A DNA stretch of 64,000 nt from Spironucleus salmonicida. Taxonomy: Eukaryota. The stretch covers positions 1,364,001 through 1,428,000 of the forward strand of contig NC_090601.1 of NCBI RefSeq assembly GCF_000497125.1, in the 5' to 3' direction. The translations under genes and the position numbers were made by a program. This document shows, piece by piece, positions 24,728 to 37,300 of this stretch. Below the pieces are notes generated by a model. It was not told the origin of the DNA and searched no databases. It saw nothing but the letters and a program-made list of their open reading frames with translations. Each line of letters starts with the position of its first letter. The stretch's first letter is position 1.

Positions 24728-25690
24728 ATGCCGCTGACGACCTAGTCAACCAAATCCGCAAACCTCATCAAACTAATGGAAAACTACCCCATTTCCTCCC
24801 CTTCTAGAATGAGTACACCAAATATGAACGTTATCCAATCCGATCTGCTTAGCGAAGACCTTCTACGAAAAATCGACGATCTGACCTCTAAATTTCACCG
24901 CGAGGACCCCACAAACACAGAATTCGACCTCCTAACGATCCAAAACAACAAATTCAGCGCCCTAGAGGCCCAATCTGAGCTTTTTCGCAAAAATAATTTT
25001 AACGCCCCACAGGTCCTAAAAGACTTCGGCGAGCACGTGCAGCGCCTCACGGACATCGCGCAGGCCTCCATCGACACGCTGGACCTCCAGTGCGCGCGCG
25101 AGCAGCACGAGCTGAAACTCGCTTACGACATGGACGTTTTCCGCCTCCAGAAGATCCTAAACGACGTCCAAAGCGAGAATTCGAAGGCGCAGCGCGCGCT
25201 CGCCCTCGCGAATTCGCCCAAAATTCGACTTTTCACTTCACTTTCCGCTCCCCAAAAAATCGATTTTTAGCTCAAAATCGACCGTTTCCAGCGCGATCTT
25301 TCGGGGCGAATTTCGGGCTTCGCGGCGGCGCTTTTCGAGCTCGAAAACGACCTCAAAATCCTCGATGCGACGCAGAAACAATTCCTCGAAATCAGCTGCC
25401 AGGTGTGCCAGAATGTGCTAAACAAGAGCCAGACGCCGCTCGTTTTGAGCTGCGGGCACGGGATTTGCAGCGGCTGCTTTTCGCACTTTTACCATGAACC
25501 ACACGATTAGAAAGAATTCACAAATTAGGAGTGTAAAATTTGTGGAGTGGTGATATAAGGAGTGGTGGTCGATCGGGTGATGCTGAGCAGAATTTAGGAG
25601 GGGCAGCTGAAGATGGACGACATTATTGAGGATACTTTGGGGATGGTTTAGGAGGGGCAAATGCTGGTGGCGCAATATGGGGTCATTTGA
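24728..25690 (+). CDS. Coiled-coil plus C3HC4 RING finger protein (320 aa)
   Basis: CQVC-x-CGHGICSGC-x-CKIC after reading through TAG at 25268. Confidence 0.85.
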
Positions 25691-26113
25691 GGATGTGCGG
25701 TGGGCGCGAAATTGAGATGAAATTGGAGTGTAAATGTAGTATTTGTATATAATAATCATAATTATTTGAGGAATTTAGTTTCTATCTTGGATTAGATAGT
25801 ATGAAAAAAATTTGGCTAGGGGTAGTTCAGAGGCGTTGGAATGATTAATCGGAGACGATATTTGGAAGTTACAGGTGATGAAATTATGATTGTAATATAG
25901 CTAATAGAGGATTTTAGATGCAGCAGATTTGCTTAGTTTGTAATTTTCAGTTCCTGGTTTTCGCAGATAAGAAGTTTGTTCTAAAATATGCTGAAAATTC
26001 AGTTTTTTCTGTCTATAAGGTATTGGCATTTTATATAAATATTATCTTAATATCAGAAAAAAGTAACTATAGAATACAATTCTAATAAACTTAAATTTTT
26101 CCTCGTCTCAAGA

Positions 26114-27659
26114 ATGCTCATAACAATGCTATCCTATCATTTACCTAATTGCTACAATTAGGCGACCGCCTAGTATAATCAAAATCTTAAGACAGTTCAG
26201 CTCAATCTATAGCCTTTACAAAATCCTGATTGTTTGTTTCTTGTAGATGAGGTCATATTTTAGCTTAATTTTCATGACAAATTTCGTTCTGTGAAGTTTA
26301 TCAAGAGCCATTTTAATTTTACTAGTACCTAGATGATTGTTATGGAGAAGATTGATATTCTAAATGATGACAGTGATGGACTCACAATGCCTTTACATGC
26401 TACTCTTAATATTTCAAACTTAGCCTTTTGGACCGAAGTACGCGTTGCTTATGTTGGGAGATAAGCTGCATAAATGGATTAATGTTTTTATTAAGCTGGA
26501 AGTCAGTTTGAGATAAAAGAGGATCGGTTTGAATTCCGCCTAAATCTGTCAGATGCCTGTTATACTGAAATATTTACAGAATCTAAATAATTCTAGTATT
26601 AATTGAACTAGAAAGCAGCAACAGTGAAAATCATCCGGTTTATTGATGACCCAGATAATTTCAATTGCTAGATGGACTAAGTCTAACGAGTATATTTTTG
26701 CACTCAGTTAGGAGATTTCTCAGACGACTTAACCATTCCTTTCACTTAAGCTTCTGTAAAATTCTTTATCAACTATCTTGGTATATTATACACAACAGAA
26801 ATATAATTTAATGAAGTCGTTGTTGGTCATATCAAAACTTTATTCAGCTCCATAAACCCTTCTTTCTATCGAGATATGATGTAAGTATCATTTACATATT
26901 CATAGAATGCATTATAAAATTGGAAAATGCTCACATAAGCTTCTGATTTATTTATTTCTAGGTTAAATATTTTAGGCCCCAATTTTACATAATCTTTCTA
27001 AATAGAGAGTCCATAATTTGATGAAACAATTCTTATATTAACAGAAAAATGCAAAGACTAAATTTGTCTAGATAGTATGGTTTATATAAATGAAAATATG
27101 GCATAATTCTAATTTTATTTTGATATTTCCGCATATTCCGGAGATAAAATAGACGGAACTTCAGGGCAGATATTTACTGCTAGTGCTGCATGTGTAAATC
27201 GAGTACTAACGAAGACTTATTCCTCCACTAAAGTATGTTTCTTAGTAATAAAGTCTGACTTTTTTACTACAAATTCGAACTGTTTTCTCTTTGCTGATGG
27301 GGAACCAACAAATATTACAGCAGTTTCACTTGACACAACTACACTGCATGTAGGGAAGTTTTGTAAGACTTAGCAGGTTAACTTTAGCTTTGCAAACCCT
27401 ACTATTTGTTTTGACTGCCTCGACTGCATAATAGAGATTACGGATTTTGCATAAAGCAGAATGTCTGCCTTTATATATACATTAGAATAATATCAGTTTC
27501 ACTGGCATGGGGACATAAATTTAGAAAGCTAATATTGCTCCTATGATGGCTGCTACTTTCACAATAGGATGCATTTTTGTATTTTATTACCTCATTGACA
27601 CAATTACTAAAGTAATTAGTTTTGTTCAAATGTGGAAAAAGTATAGGAAGGCTAGATGA
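26114..27659 (+). pseudogene. Surface protein of the same family as 22382..23869, apparently frameshifted near 27472-27479 (annotated frame stops at 27598; TM and basic tail are in the +1 frame, ending 27659)
   Basis: Traced codon by codon. The family-type C-terminus IQKANIAPMMAATFTIGCIFVFYYLI...WKKYRKAR lies in another frame just after a (TA)4 tract. Confidence 0.6.
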
Positions 27660-27958
27660 AATATTAAAGGCACTAAGTTTTTTCTATATGATTTATGAGC
27701 AGCTAATGATATACAAGATCTGTGATTCAACTTTTTTAATATATTAATATGTTATTATTCCCAAAATATTTGAATCTATCAGATTTAGTATGTATCATCT
27801 TAGTAATATAAACTATTCTAATAAATTATATTGCATTAGTTATACCTAAAATTATAGAATTGAAATCATGTTTATGCTTATAAGACTACCCAGTAGGTCA
27901 GAAAAATCAATCAATACACTTAAAGGATACAAATAAATTGAATGAGTGAGCAAACCAA

Positions 27959-28390
27959 TCACATGTTCAGCTCGTCCTGCTCCTGCTGGAGGGCGGCGGC
28001 GTCCTGGCGCTCCTGGGTGAGCTTCTCCGCCTCGCGCTGCATGTTGCCCATTGCGACGCTGTCTGCCTCCCTCTTCTGCTTCTGCAGCCCGGCGTACTTC
28101 AGCTTCGCATCGGTGAGCTGCTTCTCGAGCTCATCGATCTCCTCCTTGGTGTGGGTCGAATCACCGCAAATCTCGGAGATGATCTTGTCGTTGTCGTCCT
28201 AGTCCTGGATGATGCGGATGTACTGCCAGTAGAAGTTCCAGGTGGTCTCGTCTTCCCAGCCCCCGCATCTGTCCTGGAAGAACTTCACCTACTGCGCGCG
28301 GGACAGCTTGGGGAAGGTGTCGATCTCGGCCTGGATCGCCGGCGTCATGTGGGGGTCCGGCTTCAGCATTTCGAGGTAGTCGTCAGACAT
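27959..28390 (-). CDS. 'WNFYW' family coiled-coil protein, copy A2 (143 aa)
   Basis: Near-identical inverted copy of 19625..20056 (E4D change). Confidence 0.85.
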
Positions 28391-28754
28391 TTAAAGAGTG
28401 AAAAACTAGACTATGCATTATCAGTATTATAACCAAATAATATTGAATATTTATATTCATGATATATTACATAGACTAGAAATATTCATGTAATAATTTA
28501 TTATTTTAGTACAAAAAGACGATTTGATTATTTTTCCATAAGTATAATTGAGATAATTTACTGCTGATTTACATAGAAATTATAGAATTTATTTGTCAAA
28601 AGATAAGTAAGTTGCGTGATAAATCTTTAACTTAGGCCTTAGAAATAATAATTTGCCCAATAATGTAAACGAATGAGCAACATATTCAAGCTAAGCTAAT
28701 ATCAAATTATAAGTGAATGTAATAACTACGATAAAACAGATAAATAAACAAATA

Positions 28755-30479
28755 TCACCCTCCAAGCTTACCAATACTACCGTCTGTACATCCAAATAGG
28801 AATGAGTTGCCCGATACCTAAAAGTCTAGGCTTTCACAACTTATTCCAGCACATTTATCCACCATCTTCAAGCTATCGCCGATATAACTGTAAATTCCCT
28901 TTTTGCCACCAAATACAGCCATATCTGGTCCTGCTGCCACACAATTTAGCGAATCGCTTAGTTTTCCTGTAAAAAGCTTTTTCTACATTCTGATATCCTA
29001 TACTAATACATTGCCATCGAAATCACAACCATACACATTCGTTCCACTAGGGTCAAATACACATTTGCAAGCATTCTACATAGGGTATGTGTGAATCTCA
29101 TTTCCAAGTCTGGGATCATATACTCTGATAAATTTATCCGCACCACCAGTACAGATAAGATTTCCAAAAGGTTAGAAATGACAAAAAGTAGCCTACTTCT
29201 GACTGTTTCTTAGTGCAATAAAGGGTTCAATATTATTGGTGTATTCATTTACTTCAAATTTTGCTATTATCTTTCCACAGTCTACATCAAATATTCTAAC
29301 AGATTTATCTGCACCAGCTGATGCTAAAACACGACCTTCCACGTTCCAATCAAGCCACCATGCCTAGGCAGCTATTTTTTCAAAAGAAGCTATTTCTTTT
29401 TAATTTAAAATATTAAACAACTTGACTGTACCGTCACCTGCTGCAGATGCTAAAATTGATTGGAATTATGAATTTGGATTAAATTTTGCACAAGTAATGA
29501 AAGACGAATGAGGCGATCCTTGGAGTAGCAATTAGTTATTGCTAGAAGATAAGACTTTGAACGAGCCATCAGAAGAAGCTGTCAAAAATACTGGTCTATT
29601 TCTATGGATATTCACCGAAGACACAACATTTTCATGCACTTTTTGAGGAGAATTTATCATGTTCAACTTGTTGAATTTACGTGTAATATTCATATTTTCT
29701 GGATTTTCCACTGCCAAATATGGATTTGTCGATTCTAGCAAACTCTGAGCTTTAAAGTATGTCTTTGCCAGCTGCTTTTCGGTGCTTTCAGCTTTCTAAA
29801 TTGGAGCCAATTTTGCAGTGCGTTTAGTGTAGGTGATTTCCTCCTCCTTAGGAGCAGTCTGCATTTGTAATTTCTTCAAATCGTTCTGGGCCTTGTCCTT
29901 TGCAATATCACTCAATTGCTTTTACCGCAACAGTTTATCGTAACGCGCATTTAGCTCCATAATAAGTGGCTGATACAGCTAGCAGTGCTCCCGCAGCCTC
30001 CTCAAATCGTTAACCAGGACCTGCTTTTCCTGGACGACCTAACGATGCTTTGTCTTGTGGTAGTCACGCTAGGACCTCAGCTTCGCGAACTGGTCTTTGG
30101 CCTTCTGAGCTGCATCGACGATCTTCTCGTTCTGTAGTTGCAGCTGATCGAATTTGAATTTGAGAGCGACATTTTCAGCTAAAATAGCATTCTGGGAGCT
30201 GTTCAAAATATGGTTCTGATCGTTGTTTGAGAGTTCCAGGTACTCGGATTGAAAGGATGAGAGCGTCCTGACAAGGTTTAACTGCGCCAGCGTGTTCTTC
30301 AAGAAGTCCTCGATCGTTGTATTGTTTTACGATGGTGGGGGAGGCGGGGGAGGCGTTTAAACGTTTTCTGGAACCAGAGTCTGCAGAGTGAGTTCTGGGT
30401 CAGATTCTGAGTGTTCTGACAGTTCGGGTACAGCGTACTCCTTGGTCATAATGGATACTATGTCCTGTGGAATTTCCAT
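28755..30479 (-). CDS. SPAG16: Axonemal central-pair WD40 protein PF20/SPAG16 (574 aa)
   Basis: LisH-like EDFLKNTL...TLSSFQSE, signature RDYHKTKHRQVVQEK...NDLRRL, followed by WD40 repeats. Confidence 0.85.
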
Positions 30480-30554
30480 TTTGCGGTAAAAGTGGAGTGG
30501 AATAAAATTATTTTATATAATATATAATAATACGTAAAAATAAAATTTATTAGT

Positions 30555-31181
30555 TCACAAATCCTTTAAATTGATATCTTATGAATCGACTAGTTTGACC
30601 GAATCGTACATCTTGACTTATGCTTAGAAATCAGTAAACTGGGTTTTCGATTTTTCAACCTTTTCGGCTATTCTTTGCTTCTTTTAACTGACTAAAAGAT
30701 CCATATCTGTTAATACGTCGCGGAAGTCCTTTATTTCAGAACCATCGAGCATTTTTTTACTTTTTTCGTAAACTTTTAAGTATTCACTGTTTTTCTCAAT
30801 TTATGCTTTTTAGGTGTATGCCAAACCCGATCTGAAAGCTCCTTATAGTGCATTATCGAGTTGGAGGTCAACCTATTATTATTGTTCACTTAAAAGTAAT
30901 AACTCATCATCTAGATTCGAAAGCTTTTTTGACGCTTCTAAGTTATTAATTTAGAAATCTGGTTCATTAATAGGCAGAGCTTTGAATAAAGATGCTGGAA
31001 TTTAGTATAATGGATCATGTGTAGGGAGTAGTTAATTGTTTATATCCAAATCTAAAGGAATCTATGCTTCTAAAGCAGCTATTTCGCCTCTTATTTAGAT
31101 TAATCTGACTGAGTTGGTAAGTTTTCTGACTGATGACTGCATGGATACATATCCAGTTGATGAATCTGAGGATTCCGACAT
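30555..31181 (-). CDS. Hypothetical coiled-coil protein (208 aa)
   Basis: Open code-6 frame with a TTCCGC motif upstream of the ATG. Confidence 0.65.
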
Positions 31182-31294
31182 TATTGTTTTAAAGCGGAAT
31201 AAACTATGATACAATATATCAATTAAAACACAGATATTTCTGGTATATATATAATATTATATAATAATTATGAGTAAATTTTTCGCTTTACCAA

Positions 31295-32065
31295 ATGGCT
31301 ACAAAATAATTAATATGTCTTCTTAGCAATAACGTACTGCAAGGTATATAATATATTGAACTTGCTAAAATTTATGACCAATCTATAGGAACGTTGCTCA
31401 ATATTACTCATTCTGCTTAGTAGTAAATATTTTCATCTTCTTTATTTAAATACTACAGCAAGTATTAACAATTTTTCCGTTCTGAACTTTAAATAATTGC
31501 AAAGGATGCTTTGAAGAAGTAAAAAGTGGCGTCAAAGGTTAAAAACATTAATATTTTAGAGGCTGCATTTTTGGCTATAAACGAAGGTGCTACAGTTGTT
31601 TAAAATAAATTTTAGATGAATGAGGCCAGATAACTTAACATGGAGATGGTCTATTCTGAGGAATAATTTGATGAACTTGTTAACAATATCTTAAATGAGC
31701 GCGTATCACACTAACTCTATCACCTTAGTAAGATTAAACAATTTGACTACTACAACTTATCATTAGCAACTGAGGTAATAGAAAAAATACAGCTTGAGAT
31801 CTAATCTCCATTTGCTGACATGGAAGCGTTTAGAACTGCTTTAGATAAGAGAATTTTAAGTGAAATGAAGCCTTAAATATCGCTTATCTATAAAGGTTAT
31901 AAAGAAATGAGAGCAGATAACAAGTTTGACTACACCATGCTCCTGACCTGCTGCTTTTCAGCGTACGTGCTTCATATGTGCGGTTACTGCTTCGACGAAG
32001 CCGAAAAAGGATACAAGATCATCGTTAGCAAGAACGGAGCTGTTGTATACGAGCTCGCTGAATGA
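31295..32065 (+). CDS. Hypothetical protein (256 aa)
   Basis: Open code-6 frame MATKQLICLL... to TGA. Confidence 0.65.
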
Positions 32066-32169
32066 TTAAGATTATTTGGCCATTCTACCTCCCCGCGAAA
32101 CTTGATTTTCGAAAGAAAATACACCTGCCAGAAAAATTAAATTATTATTATATAATATATAGCAAAATA

Positions 32170-33576
32170 TCATTAATACTTTTTCATCCAGTTCAAATGG
32201 AAAACTCTCCATCTCTGCATAAGTTCGAGCATTTCATCCTCATCGGGAAGAATTGTCATCCTCAGGTGGTACGTTCCAGCTTTCTGTCCGAAAACGTTAC
32301 CGGGGAGGCAGATTACGCCAACCTCCTCGAGCAAATCCTGGCAGTAGAGCTCATCTGCCGACTTCCCGGCGGCCTTAGCTGCTGAAATCGCATTCGCCGA
32401 AGCGTGAATTCTGGGGAAAACGTACATTGCGCCGGTGGGAGTCCGACATGAAATGCCCTCCCAGCTGTTCATCTCGGTGGCGACCATATGCGCCTTTTTG
32501 GTTAAGGAGTCCAGAATGCTCTGGTACTCCCTTTTCCATACCTCGTAGCTCGGTTCGCCCGCCTTTGGGGGCTTCACAATCGCGTCCATGGCGATCATAC
32601 CATCAGTATTTATGGCACCCAGAGAGATAATATCGAGGAGCTGCGTCAACACCTCTTTATCGATGTTCTCGGTCTGCCAGTATGCGCCTCTACGGCCGCA
32701 TTCGCCGTACATGGATTTGGAGGCCGAATTGATCGAAATAAGCTCAAGGCCTTTGCATTAGTTTTGGGCCTCAAGCTCTTTGAGGCATTTTCTGCATGAA
32801 ATGAAGGGGATATTGCTATAGATATTGTGTTGGTAGACTTCATCTGCGATGACTAAAAGATTGTGCTTTGATGCAAATTTGAGCATGTTTTTCAGGTTCT
32901 GAATAGTTTGGACAGCACCTACTGGGTTATTCGGGTTGATTACTACAAGGCAACGAACAGTTTTGTCGGTTTTCTTGATTGCTTCCTCGAGAAGCTTTTC
33001 ATCCACCGCCCAGTCGTTTTCTTCATCCAGCTCATAAGAAATCTCATGACCGCCAAAATATGTAGCTGTGGCGTTGTAGAGAGGGAAACCTGGCTTTGGG
33101 CATAAAATAGCGTCTTGATCACCTCTGATGATTGGGCGTAAAATGTTCATTATACCATCCGTTGCACCATTACAAAGGAAAACAGAATCTGCAGAGCAAG
33201 GACTAGAGTCACGAGTGGAAATGTACTCTGCTACATGTTCTCTAATGATTTAAACTCCTTCAGTTTGCTGATAGCTGCCAGTATTTTTTCCGATACAAGA
33301 ATTTAAGATTTCTCTGCATCTTTCAATAACATCGGCTGGGAAAATGTTCTTTTCCAATAATTCTGGATAAATAGTTCCAGCAATCAATTATCTTACAAAT
33401 TCTACTTCTTTTTGGCCTACAGAATTAGGATTACCCATATTGCATCTAATAAGCTTTTTAAAGGGGGCAGTCCCGTTTTCTACCTTTTCATTGATTGCTT
33501 TGAGATCTAAATTAACCATATTAAACTTAGTATTGAATAAGCCTGGATAGCAAGTGTCTTTTGTCAAGACTGGCAT
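32170..33576 (-). CDS. Alanine aminotransferase (PLP, class I; 468 aa)
   Basis: CNMGNP, VVINPNNPVG, ADEVYQHN, SASKSMYGECGRRG, GAMYVFP, HLRMTILP. Confidence 0.93.
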
Positions 33577-34361
33577 GATTTGGTGGAAAGAAAAATCAGA
33601 TTCTGGCTAACTTAGTAATTTATATATATAATACTATGTATTTGCTAAAATGAGATACTAATGTTGAAGATAATAGAGTGTCTATAATATTTTTAAGTAA
33701 CAATTTCACAAAATTAAAAATAAAACCACATTTTGTTTACTGTTGAATTATTTATTATATTCTTATAAAATACTAATATTGCACTCAAATACTTTAATAT
33801 TAAATTAAGCACTAAGTTTTATCATATATATTTTGTCTATGAACCAATTTTTATTAAAAAAATCTGTAAAATGATAATATTTCTATTCATAAACCATAAA
33901 AAATAAAGTTTGTTAAATCATGGTTTTCTAGGAATAAGTGGTTTATACTAATATTTAATTGATATGATCTTCTAAGAAAAAGAAAGGATATTATATAATT
34001 AAATTATTATATTTACTTTATCTAAGCAGCAAAATTAGTAGGAAGGTGTTAATATTATATTATGATGTTAAAATAAATATACTTAGTCATTAAAAATATT
34101 ATATAGAGAAAAATGAAACGACTATAGATAGTAGTATCTTAATAATTTATATTCATTATATATTAGCATATAATAATTTGTTATTGACTAGAATATGTTA
34201 ATATCAGTTTTTTAAATTATATATACAATAGCAAACTGGACTTATATTTAAATATATATAATAGAGCTAATTATAAGGTTAAAAAACAAATAAGTTTTCT
34301 TAACTATGAATATTAATATTAACATAAATACGACATTAATTATTTCTTGGCCATATTATAA

Positions 34362-37300
34362 ATGCTTGATAACCTAACATTCTCGTGGCTTAATCCTATC
34401 ATTAAAAAAGTTGTCAGACGAAATTAAGTATCAGACTATGATCTAGGATAATTAGACACAAAATTCTCTCCATAAAGAACGTCAAAATAATTAGTACGAG
34501 CAATAAATTAATCCAAGCCATCAATACTTAAAGCATCCTTTAAAGCATTTAAGAAATCATATATTCCATTAATTCTAACCACTCCTATTGTTTCCCTTTG
34601 TACTGTCATTTCTCCACTTGCTGTTTAACATTTTACGTAGTTTTTGACCCCATCTACATTTACAGATTGTACCAAACTGATATCTCCAAATCCTTTTTAT
34701 TCACTAATTCCATATAAAGAGGGTATTGTTAAAGGTTTTAAGAACCTTTACGTATATTTGATACTGGTTTTCATTTCATAGTATTTAAAAGTTCTAATTT
34801 AAGGTATAGCCTTGTCTCAAACTTCTCAAGGTGCAATCAAAATAAATACTGCTTGTCTGGACCTTTTATATTCAAAAATAACAAAACTATCATCTTCTTC
34901 GAGAAGTAATTTTTCAGATGGGAACTTAGTTAATTTATTGTATACCGATACTTAAAGAATAAGTCTTTTTTTCTAATAAATATCAACTATAGCTTAAATG
35001 CCAATTGACATAATCGCATATTTAATCTATATGGGAGTATCAGTTACACCATTAGCATTTGTGGGTCTTATTGCGTATTTATTATTTTTACCAATAATAG
35101 CAGGAGTAATGTCTATAGTATTTAGCACATAGCGCCGGATTATGGCAATGCGAGACTAAAGAATGAGAAGAGTAGTAGAATCTCTTAATGGTATTCGAGT
35201 AATAAAGTATTTTTCTATGGAAGAAATAATGGAAAAAAGATTGTAAAATATTAGAAAAGTAGAAATTAAAAACTTGTTCAAAATGGGATTATGTATGAGT
35301 GTTTTTAGCCTAATATCTCAAAGTTCTTCCCCTGTTATGACCAGTATTGCTTTTGGGACAATGGTTTATTTAAAATAATTCGATGTTGCAAGCGCTTTTA
35401 CCATAATGTTTTTGTTTTTGTTTCTATCTATCTCAATAATCTCTCTACCAATGTCTATAACTGGATTTTAAGAGGCAAGTATAAGCTCAAAACGATTGTT
35501 AGCATTTTTATAACTACCTGAGCGCTTAAACTATATAAATTAAACAGATTAATAAGAGATTAAAGTAGAAGGTGATATAAGTTTCACATGGAGTAACAAA
35601 GCTGATACTTTTATGCCACCAATATTAGACAGCTTTTACAAGGAAAATTAGAAGAAAATAAAAAGAATGAAAAGAACACTCCCAAAATTAGAATTAATAT
35701 TTTAGCAAATTTCAAACAAACTCTAACCAATAAATGCTATTGACTATAATTTACTGACAGATAATGATCTTGATGAATATTCTGTCTAATTTGACGTTCC
35801 CTTTTATTCGAAAATAAAAATTACAGATTATGTGTATCCAAGATATGATTATAAATACGTAGATGAAAATTAATAAGGCAAAATAATGTATTTACATATA
35901 AAAGTTATGCAGAAACTACTGAACTAAGACAACATTTAAGTAGCAAAATAACCTGTACTACATGACATAAGTTTCAATATAAAATCTGGAGAATTAGTTG
36001 GTATCTGTGGAGTAGTGGGATCTGGAAAATCAAGTTTACTTTAGGCCTTAATTGGGGAATTAAGAGTTTATGATAAAAATGAAGCAAATTTCGAATAATA
36101 TATAATTAAACCAGAATAAAATTGCTAAAAATGTGTTTAAATACCTAAAAATATAGCTTATTTCGCCTAGAATGCATAAATTTTTAATACATCAATTAAA
36201 TAGAATATAACATTTAATAAACCTTTTAATCAAGCAAAATATGATCATATTATTGATATATGTTGTTTAAAGCCAGATCTATAGACTTTTCCGTATGGTG
36301 ACTAGACAGAAGTAGGAGCAAAAGGCGTCACAATTTCTGGTGGATAAAAAGCTCGAATTGCGTTTGCTAGATGCATTTATTCCGAAGCTGATGTTTATCT
36401 TCTAGATGATCCATTATCGGCAGTTGATACCCATGTTGGTAGTCGTTTATGGAATGAAGTAATAATAAATGAATTGGTTAATAAAGGAAAAACTGTACTC
36501 ATCGTAAGTCATCAAACGAGTTGGTTTAAAGAATGTGATAGAATAATGGTTCTAGAGAATGGGAGAATAAAGAAATATGGTACTCTTGAAGAATTAAAAA
36601 ATTCTGATATTAATATTTAAGGATTAACCGATGGATTAGCTAAAATAAATTCGCTTAATAACCATGTTGTAGCTTAATAGATGAAGGTAAAAACCTAGGA
36701 AGATTAAACCCTTGTAGAGGAAATTAATAAACATACTTTGAATACAGAAGAAAATGATTAACATGGTGGTGTTGTAAGCATGAAAAATTACAAAACATGG
36801 ATTTAAGCAGGATCTAGCATGTTTTTGATATTATCGTTGATATTTTTCCTTATTGGATAAGGAATTTCATAATATACCACTGTATTAGTTACTGCATGGA
36901 CAACGGATTAGTATCATTGGACTGGTAGTACTAGTTTATAACCTACTTGTGATAAAATTTGTCCAGGTAATAGGTGCCCAAATACTACTATGGGGAATAT
37001 ATGCAATGCATTTTTAAATACAAAAGCTGATATGTAAACCATCTTTTAGTGCGCTTAACCTGATAGCCCCCCTCCAAATATTGATACTTCACCAAAATAT
37101 CTTTACCTATACATAGGATGTACAATTGCATTATTCATTTTTATCTACTTGGGAAATGCTTTGTTTACAGCTTTTTGTTTAGATGCCGCTCAAAAACTAC
37201 ATAACGATATGTTGTATGCTATCATTAGATAACCTATGTAATTTTTTGATACTACACCTTAAGGTAGAATTTAAAACAGATTTTCGAAGGATACTGATGC

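Noticed and set aside
31270-31360. ATG at 31270 as a gene start with early TGA
   Set aside because: A different frame from ATG 31295 gives the full 256 aa ORF.
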